Shown: piece by piece, positions 1 through 10,328 of the stretch
Numbering within the stretch: the stretch's first letter is position 1
How the letters are laid out: every line of letters starts with the position of its first letter
NCBI GenBank assembly: GCA_965222605.1
Contig: OZ244960.1
Span: 3,200,001 to 3,264,000 of the forward strand
Source of the DNA: Candidatus Latescibacterota bacterium
Lineage (GTDB): Bacteria; Latescibacterota; UBA2968
Reading direction: 5' to 3'
DNA: 64,000 nucleotides
Notes under the pieces: model-generated
Seen by the model: only the letters and a program-made list of their open reading frames with translations
What the model was told of the DNA's origin: nothing
Database searches by the model: none
Program-made: the position numbers and the translations under genes

Positions 1-161
1 CCAATGGGGCTTTTTCCGGTCAGGGTATCGAAAAACGCTTTGGTCAAAAGCGCGACGACCTGTGGTGTGATCCCAAATATAATGATGCGCAATGCACACA
101 GCAGCAGATAGCTGCCCGGACGAAAGCGAAACAAACGCCACACATCGCGTGCGGTACTCAT
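1..161 (-). CDS. ABC transporter permease/ATP-binding protein, N-terminus (runs off window)
   Basis: ATG at 161-159 overlaps the TGA of the upstream ABC gene (ATGA). Reads MSTARDVWRLFRFRPGSYLLLCALRIIIFG..., a hydrophobic start typical of the second partner of a heterodimeric exporter. Confidence 0.65.
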   Translation of the reverse strand, partial: MSTARDVWRLFRFRPGSYLLLCALRIIIFGITPQVVALLTKAFFDTLTGKSPI

Positions 162-1300
162 ACCAGCACATCCTCCATACCCGTGCGCAGCAAACCCGAA
201 AACCGAGACGTCTCATCCCGTTCCAATGTCTTTCGCGCACCGTACTCCACGATCCGTCCTTCATCTAAAATCATAATATCATCCGCACGCCGAACCGTTC
301 CCAACCGATGTGCTATTACAATTGCGGTTCGGTTGCCAATCAACCGATCAACCGCGTGTTCCAGATGATGCTCTGTTGCGGGATCCAGACGCGAAGACGC
401 TTCATCCCAGATCACGAGATCGGGCTCCTTCAGTAAAAATACGCGCGCAAACGCCAATAACTGAGCTTCCCCGGCAGACAGACCGCCACCTTCGGCAGAA
501 AGTTCTGTGTCGAGCGCATTGGGCAATGCGTGCAACCAATCGCTCAGGCCCAAATTTTCCACTGCCCGCCTTATGCGTTCATCGTCTATATTGGGATCAA
601 ACAACGTCAAATTGTCTCTTACCGATGCCTGAAACAACTGCACATTCTGCGTTACCATTGCAATGCGATTGCGCAAATCTAACCGATCTGCGTGGCGCAC
701 GTTTGTGTCTCCCAAACACACCGATCCCGTCCGGGGATCATACAATCTGAAAAGCAAACGCGTCAGTGTTGTCTTTCCACTTCCCGTCCGCCCCAACAGC
801 CCGAGCACACGTCCGGGTTGCAATGTAAAATTTAGATTGTGAAGGACGGGGTCATTTTTAACATATCCAAATGTCACATTGTGAAACGCCACGGGAAATA
901 TGCCATCGGGCAATGCATCTCCTCGTCCCGGCGTCAACACGGGTTGAATATTCATCAACTCGGTTACCCGCTCAACACTGGCGCCAGCGCGTTGAAAGTC
1001 TTCGAGTTGAAAAGTAATGCGTTCGATTGGGCGAATCAGCATGTTCGCATAGTGAAACAGCATGTAAACTGCGCCGAGCGAAAAGACAGATTCCCAATAC
1101 AAATAAGCGCCTATTCCCAGGGCTGAGGCATTGCCAATGGCCCAGATTATCACCGACGATGTCACCAGAATATTGATCATATATCCCGACTTAATTTCCT
1201 TTTGCAACCAGTTCCGCGTCAGTTCATAAAATCGCCGCAAAGTGTATGGCACTGCGCGACAAGAGCGAATATCCTCAGCCCCAGAGAGGCGCTCTTCTAA

Positions 1301-3007
1301 CCCGACTAATTCATGAACTGTAATGGTTGGGGTTGTTTGTCAGGCGGCATCGGTTCCAAGCATCAAAATGAGGGTGCTTTCTATCTTGTCTGCCGTCATA
1401 GGCGTCTTCATAGAGTTCAAGCAGCCCAAATCGTCCCCTGACAGGCTCTGCCAGTGTCAAAAGTACAGACCGGTCCCTTGCCAGTCCTGTCTGTGGATAA
1501 GTCCGTGTATTTGTAAAGTCAGCAAGTGATGGGACAGACCCCTATTCCTTCCCCGTTGATGGGTTATGGCACCGCCTTTGCCAGATTGCACAGGATTTTA
1601 TCAAAAAGGTGTGGCAATGGAAATGACATAGGCAGATGGAAGGTGATCTTTGTTTTCAACTCACAGACGCGTCCGGCGACTTTAAGGAAACGATTTTGGA
1701 GGGTATTGACCTGTGCGTTTATCCACGTTGTGCCTTGTAATCCGATGTGCGCTAAGGTGTGCAACAAGACATAGGCAGCCGAATGGAGGAAGAGGCGGAA
1801 CTGATTGGCTCCAAAAGCGTGACAGGACGTGCGGTCTGAGTGGAGAAAGGTTTTGTGATTTTTAATGAAGTTTTCCATCTGTCCGCGCGCACAATAGATA
1901 TTTTGGTAGATAAAGGAGGCCCTTGAACTTTCAAGGTTGGTCACGACAAAGCGTGTGTTTTGGCCTCGGGTGGTGATTTCAGCTTTGCATAAGATGCGTC
2001 TGGCACAGGCCCAAGTCTGGGCTTGGTAATAAAATGAGGTAAAAAGTCGCACGGGCTTGCCGGTTTGTGCATAAAGGCTTTTGGTCTGATCCATCAGGGG
2101 CTTTGAAAGGGCTAAGAGTCGGGTATTGGCACTTTGTCCGAGGATAAAAAAGAGGTCCTTTGTCGCACAAAAGTCCTGGACTTCTGGACTTGAGAAGTGG
2201 GCATCGCCTCGCAAAAAGAGTGCCACCTTTGGCCAAGCCTGACGAATATAAGCGACTAACCGCTTGAGAATGGTGACAATCTGTTTGCCATCAGGACGCA
2301 CACCCGGACGTAAAATCGTCGTGATTAGCTTGCCCGATTGCCCTTCATAAATATGCAAAGGCTGGTAGGAGTAGGCACCCAAATACCCATTGAATAAGGA
2401 CAACTGCTGCGTCCCATAAACCCTATCCTGCGTATCATCAATATCTAAGATGATCGACGAAGGCGGCTTTTTATACGAAGCAATAAAACAATCGACAAAG
2501 GCACGAGCAACGCGATACAAATCGCTTCTGCTCATCTGATTCTCAAACCGACTCATCGTGGGTTGACTGGCCAAGTTCTCACCACTTATGGGCAAGCGAT
2601 CACAGGCAACCTTGAAGCCGGGATCGCTGCGTAAGGCATTGCAATCATTGGCATCTTCATACCCACAGGCAATTTGAAACACGCGCTGTTTGATCAACTC
2701 TGCCGTGCTATGCGCCACATAACTTTGATGCCGATGGTCTTTAATCGCGCGACTCAAACGTGATAAAATACCCGTTTTGGCCTCCACTTCTCGAAGCAAT
2801 AAGGCTCCGCTATCGCTGGTGAGAATACCCCCATCAAAGGCGAGGTTGAGACGTTTGCCGAAAATGCTTGCCAAAGGAACCTTGCAATGATTATCTTGTG
2901 TGCTCACGGTAGTTTCTCCCAAGTTCATTGTTCAATGGTTATGCGTATAACCTAATATAATACAATAACTTGAATAGGGAAACTACCTTTTTTATGAATT
3001 TTTCGGG
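1301..3007 (-). mobile_element. IS1380-family insertion sequence, copy 1
   Basis: Imperfect terminal IRs CCCGACTAATTCATGAA / TTTATGAATTTTTCGGG; 4-bp TSD CTAA at 1297-1300 and 3008-3011. Confidence 0.9.
1564..2928 (-). CDS. IS1380-family DDE transposase
   Basis: 454 aa with FDGGILTSDSG, GYEDAND, LASQPTMSRFEN, LDID, LRGDAHF and YCARGQMEN motifs. Confidence 0.92.
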   Translation of the reverse strand: MNLGETTVSTQDNHCKVPLASIFGKRLNLAFDGGILTSDSGALLLREVEAKTGILSRLSRAIKDHRHQSYVAHSTAELIKQRVFQIACGYEDANDCNALRSDPGFKVACDRLPISGENLASQPTMSRFENQMSRSDLYRVARAFVDCFIASYKKPPSSIILDIDDTQDRVYGTQQLSLFNGYLGAYSYQPLHIYEGQSGKLITTILRPGVRPDGKQIVTILKRLVAYIRQAWPKVALFLRGDAHFSSPEVQDFCATKDLFFILGQSANTRLLALSKPLMDQTKSLYAQTGKPVRLFTSFYYQAQTWACARRILCKAEITTRGQNTRFVVTNLESSRASFIYQNIYCARGQMENFIKNHKTFLHSDRTSCHAFGANQFRLFLHSAAYVLLHTLAHIGLQGTTWINAQVNTLQNRFLKVAGRVCELKTKITFHLPMSFPLPHLFDKILCNLAKAVP

Positions 3008-3794
3008 CTAAGAACCCGAACATCTCGGAACTGGCTTCGCTATTGGCTTTCATATGGGGAACTGCAATTTGGCGCAGACTCAATGCCACACCCATTGAGA
3101 CTGCCGCAAAAATTGACAACCCACTGCCCGCGCGCCAATCTTCCATAAAGAGCAAAACCAAAACGCCCGCCATCAGCAACATATTGCCCAGCATTTGAAT
3201 CACAAACTGGGAAAAGAAATTGCCCAGTGCATTGATATCGCCATCCACCCGCTCGATCATTTCTCCCGGTGTTCGGTTGTTGTGAAAACTCATATCCAGA
3301 TGCAGACAGTGATGTGCCAGCCTGCCCCACAAACGGTTGGTCGCAGTCCAGCTCTCTCACCCACATAGGTACTCAACACGGACAACGCTTGTTGTGCCAG
3401 CACCACGCTGATATAGAATACGGCAAGATACATCAATGTTTCTAATGCATCCGTCTGAACAGTGTCGATAAATCGCCGAATGATCTGCGGACTGATCAAT
3501 TGCAGGCCAATATCGCCAAACAACAAAATGGTTAGCACTATCACACGACGCTTTTGAGGTCGCAAATGCTCAACGAGAAGACCGGTATAGGGTTTGAGCG
3601 AGAGATTCATTGGGTTGACATCGCATAGATGAGATTAAAATATTGTCGTCCAGATTTTGGACACTTTGAGAGGAAGGTGTGTTTCAAAGAGGGGCAGAGG
3701 AAAGGGCGGTGGGAATGATAAACAGTTCGTTACCGAGGCCATTGGCTATTTGATTGAGATACGGCGCGATCAATATATCTAAATCAGGTAAGGT

Positions 3795-4856
3795 CTATCC
3801 GAGCAGCGCACCGCAATCCCAGTCCTGATATGCTTTCATCGCATTCCGAACCGAGAACGCGCGTTTCCATAAGATTGGGCAGAAGACACACGATAGCACG
3901 GATAGGCGATAATCGTATTCGAATTGGTCTCGGCTATAATTTTCGATGCCGCCAGCTACGAGTCTTTTATAATAGAAATCCATGAACGGGCCTTCGAGCG
4001 CTTTTCGTTCAGATGTCCCGTGGATCAGCATGTAGGCGAGGTCGTAAGCACCAAGCCCTCGCTTATAGGTTTCCCAATCGAAGAGGATGATCCGATCTTT
4101 TGAGGGATCTTTAGGGTAAAAGAGGTTCCACAGATGCGCGTCGCCGTGTAGCATTGTGATGTTTTTTTCGTTTGCGACACGCGCGAGGAATACATCGGGA
4201 TATCCCTGGATGACGCGCTCCATTGTCTCGATGTGAGCGGGATCGAGGTCGGTTCCCAGTTCTTTTATTAGTGGCTTCAGGGCTTTTTGGAAGCTGGCGC
4301 AGCTATCGCATACGTCTTTTTTAGCTATTGCCTGGGCCATGCGGAGTGGACCACCGGCTTGCATCATGAAGGGCCACTCGTCCAGGCGTGGATCATCCCA
4401 CCATCGGATGTGATATTTGAGGAGTTCTTCGACTACGACTTTGTGGGGTTGGTTGGGAACGGCTTTTGGGTTATCCTCGTGTGTCACCGACAGGTCTGGC
4501 ATGAGATAGTGGCAATTTTTATTCTCGTGATCGAATCCACAGTCGAAAACGGGACAGACAGATGCATCAGGCGTTTTTGGCGCGAGTTCATTGTAAAATG
4601 TCCATTCGATGACTCCGCCTCCAAACCATCCTTTTCGATAGACCTTTAATACGATCGCATTTGGAATATCACCCACATAGTCTTCGCTAAATGTCAGCGA
4701 TAGCCTGTCCCATTCCGCGCATGATGATTCGAATGAGTCCGTTTTTTTTATGGATGTGACCGAACCCGATTTCAGGAATCCGTTGCGACTAAATCGATCC
4801 GTTAAGAGCGCAGGCGTCAGTTGCTCGACATGGGTGATGGGTTTCGATAATTTCAT
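3795..4856 (-). CDS. Aminoglycoside/choline kinase-like phosphotransferase (EcKinase/DUF1679-like)
   Basis: HGDAHLWN and ILFDWE motifs of the APH/kinase fold. Confidence 0.75.
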   Translation of the reverse strand: MKLSKPITHVEQLTPALLTDRFSRNGFLKSGSVTSIKKTDSFESSCAEWDRLSLTFSEDYVGDIPNAIVLKVYRKGWFGGGVIEWTFYNELAPKTPDASVCPVFDCGFDHENKNCHYLMPDLSVTHEDNPKAVPNQPHKVVVEELLKYHIRWWDDPRLDEWPFMMQAGGPLRMAQAIAKKDVCDSCASFQKALKPLIKELGTDLDPAHIETMERVIQGYPDVFLARVANEKNITMLHGDAHLWNLFYPKDPSKDRIILFDWETYKRGLGAYDLAYMLIHGTSERKALEGPFMDFYYKRLVAGGIENYSRDQFEYDYRLSVLSCVFCPILWKRAFSVRNAMKAYQDWDCGALLG

Positions 4857-4981
4857 TTTTTCTCGCAAATAAGGGCGCATTGAGGGAACAGAGTTTGTTT
4901 TGTATTCATTAAGAGATCATGCTATTATGCAAATAAAGTCAGGGTTTCGCGTGGCGTCAAGGATCAAAAAAGGAGAAAATC

Positions 4982-6616
4982 ATGTCCAGTATAGATGTGG
5001 ATCAAATCGGATGGAAGGCTGAGAGTAAGACGGGTGTTGTGGCGGCGGGTGGTGCAGGTGCTGTTGTAGCGGGTATTGAGATTTTGGACAGGGGTGGCAA
5101 TGCTGCCGATGCAGCCGCGGCGACTATTTTTGCGCTCAATGTTACAGATCACGGCGCGTGTTCGATTGGCGGAGAGGTTCCGCTTCTTATTTATAATGCT
5201 GAGACCTCAGAGGTCAAAGCATTGAGCGGACAGGGGCGGGCACCGCGTTCTCAGGAGGCGATTGATTGGTATATGAAAAACGGTATTCCGGGCGATGGCG
5301 ATATGAAGATGGCGCCGGTGCCTTCGGTTGTCGATTTGTGTATTACGACGCTCAAGCGATATGGTACGATGTCTTTTGAAGAGATTATCGCCCCTGTGCT
5401 TGCCTTGCTCGATGCGGGTGAGGACGATTGGCATCCCAATCTTGCGACGACTTTGCGAAAACTCGTCGAGGAGGAACACCTTACGTCGGGGAGTCGGGAG
5501 GAAAAATTGCAAGCTGCCTCAGATCGTTTTTACGGGCGGAATAAGTATCGCAATGATATTGCCGAGGAGCTTGAGGCTTTTTATGTCGCAAAAGGGGGGT
5601 TTTTGCGTCGGGAAGATCTGGCGACGCATATTACGACGATTGAAGATCCGGTTACGGTTACTTATCGCGGGTACACGGTTTGCAAATGTGGTCCGTGGAC
5701 GCAGGGTCCGTATCTGTGTCAGGCTTTGCGTCTGCTCGAGAAATTTGATGTCAAAGCGATGCGCCATCTTTCGGCGGATTATATCCATGTGGTTACCGAG
5801 GCGATTAAACTCGCTATGGCGGACCGCGATGCGTATTATGCCGATCCCGATTTTTCGGGTGTGCCTCTGGGTGGGTTGCTTTCCGATGCGTACACCGATA
5901 TGCGCGTGCCGCTCATCGATATGCATACGGCTTCTCTGGAGGCGCGTCCGGGCGATCCGTATCTCATGCAGCCGGTCATCAAAGAGGGTGGTGTGTTCCG
6001 TCCGGGTACCGGGGGTACGACAACCTGTGTGGTGGCTGATCGCTGGGGTAATGTGGTCGCTGCGACGCCGAGTGCCAATGTACACCGTCCCACGATTGAT
6101 GGGGGTAGTACGGGTGTTACTTATGGCAATCGTCTGCGCAGTCTCAATACGACAGCGGGTCATCCCAATTGTATCCAGCCCGGAAAACGCCCGCGCATTA
6201 CGTTGACGCCTACGCTGGTGCTGAAAGATGGGCAACCGATTCTGGGTATTAGTGTTGCGGGTGGCGATCTGCAGGATCAGGCGACTTTGAATTTGTTGTT
6301 GGATTTTGTCGAGTTTGGGATCATGCCGGAAGAGGCTGTTACTGCGCCGCGTTTTGCCACGGCGCATCATCACGATTCTTTCGATCCCAATCCCATTCGC
6401 GAGCAGACGTTCAAACAGGCCGGGTCGTTGACGCTGAACGATGAGATAAGCCGGGATGTGCAGGACGATCTCGCCTCGCGGGGACATCAGGTCGAAGCGA
6501 AATCATCCAATATTGCCACGCCTGTTATGGTTTATGTCGATCGGGAAGAGGGCAGGTATTACGCGGCAGGTGATCCCAAAGCGGGTCGTCACGCCGCGGG
6601 GTTGGAGGATGGGTGA
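4982..6616 (+). CDS. ggt: Gamma-glutamyltransferase family protein
   Basis: GGNAADAA, nucleophile region GTTTCVVADRWGN and PGKRPRITLTP; RBS AGGAG upstream. Confidence 0.85.
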   Translation: MSSIDVDQIGWKAESKTGVVAAGGAGAVVAGIEILDRGGNAADAAAATIFALNVTDHGACSIGGEVPLLIYNAETSEVKALSGQGRAPRSQEAIDWYMKNGIPGDGDMKMAPVPSVVDLCITTLKRYGTMSFEEIIAPVLALLDAGEDDWHPNLATTLRKLVEEEHLTSGSREEKLQAASDRFYGRNKYRNDIAEELEAFYVAKGGFLRREDLATHITTIEDPVTVTYRGYTVCKCGPWTQGPYLCQALRLLEKFDVKAMRHLSADYIHVVTEAIKLAMADRDAYYADPDFSGVPLGGLLSDAYTDMRVPLIDMHTASLEARPGDPYLMQPVIKEGGVFRPGTGGTTTCVVADRWGNVVAATPSANVHRPTIDGGSTGVTYGNRLRSLNTTAGHPNCIQPGKRPRITLTPTLVLKDGQPILGISVAGGDLQDQATLNLLLDFVEFGIMPEEAVTAPRFATAHHHDSFDPNPIREQTFKQAGSLTLNDEISRDVQDDLASRGHQVEAKSSNIATPVMVYVDREEGRYYAAGDPKAGRHAAGLEDG

Positions 6617-6739
6617 TTAAGTGTAATCACATGAATGAACAGGATGTCCCCGGCCCCAGGATCAGGATTTGCAAGATGAAAGGATGAGCAGGCTTTATTT
6701 TTTTCCTGTTTATCCATTTTTTACAAATAGAGGAAATTT

Positions 6740-9331
6740 ATGATTTTTTGCCGTTATATATCCTCTGTCTTTACCATACTTTTAATTTTCTTTGCCGTCT
6801 GCGGCGAAAGTAGCGCGCAGAACCAGGCCGTAACCATCCCCGACGTGAACCTGAGGGCTGTCATTGAGGACTCGTTGGATAAGGCAAGCGGTGCGACGAT
6901 TACCCGGGCGGAAATGGCGACATTAACGCGCATTGACGCGCGGGATACGAATATCCACAACTTGGCCGGGCTTGAGTATGCAACCAGCCTGACAAAGCTA
7001 TATCTTGCAGGCAACAGTATTTCGGATGTGTCGCCGCTTTCTAACTTAACCCGTCTGACAGAGCTGGATATCCAGCACAACTCAATCTCGGATGTGTCGC
7101 CGCTTTCTAACTTAACTGGTCTGACAAAGCTGGATCTTGAGGGCAACTCAATCTCGGATGCGTCGCCGCTTTCTAACTTAACTGGTCTGACATTTCTGGA
7201 TATTAGCGAGAACAGTATGTCAGATCTTTCGCACCTCTCGGGCTTGATCCATCTGAAACATCTAAAGCTATTTGGCAACAGTATTTCGGATGTGTCGCCG
7301 CTTTCTAACTTAACTGGTCTGACATTTCTGGAGCTTCAGGGAAACAACATCCTGGACATCTCGCCATTGGTAGTAAATATGGGATTGGGAAATGGCGACG
7401 AGGTCAATTTGCTACGTAACCCTCTGACCTATCCTTCCCTTAATACGCACATTCCTGCCCTTCAGGGCCGCGGAGTCCGCGTAAGATTCGATTCCCGCAC
7501 GCCGGCGAGGTTGGCCATAGTCTCCGGGCAAGGGCAGGATGGCACGCCCGGTGCGGCTTTGGCGGCCCCATTTGTTGTGGAAGTGCGGAATCAGAGGGAT
7601 GAAGCATTTGCTGGTGTGCCGGTGGCTTTTACCGTCACCTCAGGTGGTGGCTCACTCAGTACCACCACTGGCACTACCAATACCAAAGGTTGGGCACAGA
7701 CAACCTTGACATTGGGATCGTTAAAAGAAAATACGGTCGAGGTATTACTCCCAGGGCATGCGTCGGTGCCACCGTTGACCTTTCGCACAGGAATTATGAC
7801 ATTATCCGATCTTGAACACCGAGTGTCTGATTCGCGTCCTGGCGACACAATCACCTTAGCCGACGGCATATATGATGGCGATATGTGCGAGTTGGTAGCA
7901 AAGGGTACCACTACTCATCCCATCACAATTCAGGCAAAAAACATCGGGAAAGCCGTTATCCAGGGCCCCTTATCTATAGAGGGAGATTACATCAACCTCG
8001 TGGGCCTTCGCTTTGAAAAAAAAGGCAGCATAAAAATTCGGGGAACGGGATGCCGCATCAGCCGCTGTGTAATGACAGACGTTCAGGTAAACTCTTGGAT
8101 AGATGTGTTGCCGGAAAGTCAGCAAATCGAAATTGACTACTGCCGGTTCGAGAACAAGACTAACAACAGCCATCATGAGGGCGATAGGTTCGACAACCGC
8201 CAATTGATGCGACTCATCGTGCGAAACAAGGGAGAAAAACACCACATCCACCACAACTACTTCGTCGATATTCCAGAGGGCAAGTTGGACAATGGCTACG
8301 AAACGCTTCAACTTATTACAGAGGGAAATCCCTGGGACCCGGAACCGGGCCACTGTGGAACCCTAATCGAATACAACCTTTTTGAACGCTGTAATGGCGA
8401 AGGAGAAATCATCTCTGTCAAATCCAACGGCAATTTTCTCCGCAGAAATACGTTTCGCGATTGCCGCGGCGCGCTGGTGCTTCGGCACGGGGATGGCAAT
8501 GTGGTGTCTGAGAATTTCTTTTTTGGCGAGGGCGAACATCGGGCTGGCGGTGTGCGTTTGCAGGGGACAGATCAGGTTGTTGTGAATAATTTGTTCCACT
8601 CGCTCAATGCGTTTGGCGTGGGTATGATGGATGGGGCATCGGATGATCTCTATGTGCGGGTGGAGCGTGCGCTGGTTGCGTTTAATACGTTTGTGAGATG
8701 TAGTCCGGCGATGGTTGTGGGTTTTAATCACAGCGGGTATCCCAATGGCACGGCGCCTAAGGATTGCGTGGTTGCGAATAATGCTTTTGTGTTGCCCGAG
8801 AGGACTGTGGAGCTCAAGCATGACGATGAGCCGGTGGATTGGAGTTGGGAGGGGAATGTGACGGATGGGGATTTGGGTATGCCCGCTCGGGATGGGATAA
8901 AGGTTGAGAGGGTGGATGTGGATTATCTGCCCAATGGGGTTGTTGCTCCGGGAGAATCCAGTGGTCTGATTGGCAATGCCGAGGGGCATTATCCAGATAT
9001 AACAACCGATATCTTAGGAAATTCTCGCGGCGAGCGCAAAACAATTGGTTGCGTCGAGTTTCCAGTTCAGGAGAAAGACGGAGGTCCTCTAACAGTGGCA
9101 GATGTGGGCGTCGATGCTGTGGTCACTGGTGTTCCGGTAGTGCCTGACAAGTCGCCAACGGCTGATTTTGATGGCGATGGTGTTGTTGGCATTAGCGATT
9201 TTCTGCTGTTTGTAACCCAGTTCGGATTAAGTCAAGGCGATGAGGGATATGATGCGCGGTTTGATTTGGATGGGGATGGCACAATTGGGATTAGCGATTT
9301 TCTGATTTTTGTCGATGCTTTTGGTAAATAG
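6740..9331 (+). CDS. Secreted multidomain protein: internalin-like LRR + Ig-like + PL6 (alginate lyase/chondroitinase B) beta-helix + EF-hand/dockerin-like tail
   Basis: Signal peptide; IPDVNLRAVI LRR cap; 22-aa LRRs; SGQGQDG..PFVVEVR Ig-like segment; PGDTITLADGIY, EGEIISVKS and LVLRHGDGN PL6 motifs; two C-terminal DxDGDG motifs. Confidence 0.85.
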   Translation: MIFCRYISSVFTILLIFFAVCGESSAQNQAVTIPDVNLRAVIEDSLDKASGATITRAEMATLTRIDARDTNIHNLAGLEYATSLTKLYLAGNSISDVSPLSNLTRLTELDIQHNSISDVSPLSNLTGLTKLDLEGNSISDASPLSNLTGLTFLDISENSMSDLSHLSGLIHLKHLKLFGNSISDVSPLSNLTGLTFLELQGNNILDISPLVVNMGLGNGDEVNLLRNPLTYPSLNTHIPALQGRGVRVRFDSRTPARLAIVSGQGQDGTPGAALAAPFVVEVRNQRDEAFAGVPVAFTVTSGGGSLSTTTGTTNTKGWAQTTLTLGSLKENTVEVLLPGHASVPPLTFRTGIMTLSDLEHRVSDSRPGDTITLADGIYDGDMCELVAKGTTTHPITIQAKNIGKAVIQGPLSIEGDYINLVGLRFEKKGSIKIRGTGCRISRCVMTDVQVNSWIDVLPESQQIEIDYCRFENKTNNSHHEGDRFDNRQLMRLIVRNKGEKHHIHHNYFVDIPEGKLDNGYETLQLITEGNPWDPEPGHCGTLIEYNLFERCNGEGEIISVKSNGNFLRRNTFRDCRGALVLRHGDGNVVSENFFFGEGEHRAGGVRLQGTDQVVVNNLFHSLNAFGVGMMDGASDDLYVRVERALVAFNTFVRCSPAMVVGFNHSGYPNGTAPKDCVVANNAFVLPERTVELKHDDEPVDWSWEGNVTDGDLGMPARDGIKVERVDVDYLPNGVVAPGESSGLIGNAEGHYPDITTDILGNSRGERKTIGCVEFPVQEKDGGPLTVADVGVDAVVTGVPVVPDKSPTADFDGDGVVGISDFLLFVTQFGLSQGDEGYDARFDLDGDGTIGISDFLIFVDAFGK
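6985..7370 (+). repeat. 66-bp leucine-rich-repeat units (about 6)
   Basis: TCGGATGTGTCGCCGCTTTCTAACTTAAC recurs in a 66-bp register. Confidence 0.85.
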
Positions 9332-9366
9332 GTAGTATCATATAAAAACAGAACTTGTTTCTTCTA

Positions 9367-9411
9367 AAATGGGTGATATATTCTCTTTGGGAGTATATAT
9401 CGCCCATTTTT
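9367..9411. terminator. Intrinsic terminator-like hairpin
   Basis: AAAATGGGTGATATA...TATATCGCCCATTTT inverted repeat after the 9331 stop. Confidence 0.6.
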
Positions 9412-9533
9412 AATTTTATTCTGTACTCAGATAATTTATATTTTAGGAAAAGTATGGGGGTTGCCAAAATAGTGGTAAATGGGTAGTTTTGGTGCGTTCA
9501 ACTTTCTATTTTTTTACCATGGGAAGAATTATA

Positions 9534-10259
9534 ATGTTTCCCATCAATACCATAGATGATTTGTTCCAAACTCTGGACGAAAATCCCAGGATACTGGAAG
9601 CTGTGCGTGCTCGCTTGCTCACGCGCGAGCTCCTCGAATTGCCTCAGGTGTTAGCCGCGTTTGTCAAAACCACGGATAGGCGGTTTGAAGCTATTGAAGA
9701 ACGTCTGGACAGGGCTGATGGCCGTTTGGACGGGATTGATGGCCGTTTGGACGGGATTGATGGCCGTCTGGATGGGATTGATGGCCGTTTGGATGGGCAC
9801 GATATTCACTTAAGAAGGATAGACAACAGCCTTGGCGTGCTCAAAGGCGGTCATGCGAGAGGTGCTGCGCTCAGAGACACGGCTTTGATTGCTGATAGCA
9901 TGGGATTCGATTTGGTGCGAACAATGTCTCAACGGGAAATCATCTCTTTGGCCCGGTCGCAAAATGCCCAGGAGATTCCCAAAAACGAATTGCAGAGTTT
10001 CGTCAGGGCTGATCTGATTATGGAAGTGGTAAATGGGTCACAGGAAGTTTGTTACATCGCCGTCGAAATTTCCTTTACTGTGGATGAGCGGGACACGCAC
10101 CGGGCGATTCGCAACGCCAAATTTTTGACGCAGTTCACGGGCAAGTCAGCTTTTGCGGCAGTGGCTGGCCTGGATAGGGATAACAGGATACAGAGTAGTA
10201 TTGAAGCGGGAGATGTGTTCTGGCATCAACTGGATTCCGAAGATCTGGAAGTGGATTGA
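9534..10259 (+). CDS. Coiled-coil heptad-repeat protein with a possible nuclease-like C-terminal domain
   Basis: (DGRLDGI)n heptads from a 21-bp tandem repeat, then RADLIMEV...IAVEISFTV, which resembles a PD-(D/E)XK-like core. Confidence 0.6.
   Translation: MFPINTIDDLFQTLDENPRILEAVRARLLTRELLELPQVLAAFVKTTDRRFEAIEERLDRADGRLDGIDGRLDGIDGRLDGIDGRLDGHDIHLRRIDNSLGVLKGGHARGAALRDTALIADSMGFDLVRTMSQREIISLARSQNAQEIPKNELQSFVRADLIMEVVNGSQEVCYIAVEISFTVDERDTHRAIRNAKFLTQFTGKSAFAAVAGLDRDNRIQSSIEAGDVFWHQLDSEDLEVD
9717..9800 (+). repeat. 21-bp in-frame tandem repeat x4
   Basis: GATGGCCGTTTGGACGGGATT units. Confidence 0.9.
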
Positions 10260-10328
10260 TGAAATGCAAATGAAGCAATCACTTCCTCTTGCCCGCTGTG
10301 AGAACAGCGGATATTGAAAGAATAACAT

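Larger units (their letters stand above)
158..3610 (-). pseudogene. ABC exporter (TMD+NBD) split by an IS1380 element and frameshifted
   Basis: Walker A GRTGSGKT, signature LSAGEAQ and Walker B-like VIWDE lie in 158..1252; TM segments lie in 2952..3610. Removing 1301..3007 plus one CTAA restores SEMFGFL-EERLSGAEDIR. A separate frameshift lies near 3350. Confidence 0.85.

Noticed and set aside
5207-6487. Long antisense or alternative-frame ORFs (also 10839..12155, 12342..13262, 44101..45192, 53039..54025)
   Set aside because: They overlap well-supported genes and lack motifs; they are shadows of codon bias.
6630-6720. AGGAT-rich degenerate short repeats
   Set aside because: Too decayed to define a unit or element, and no associated gene.
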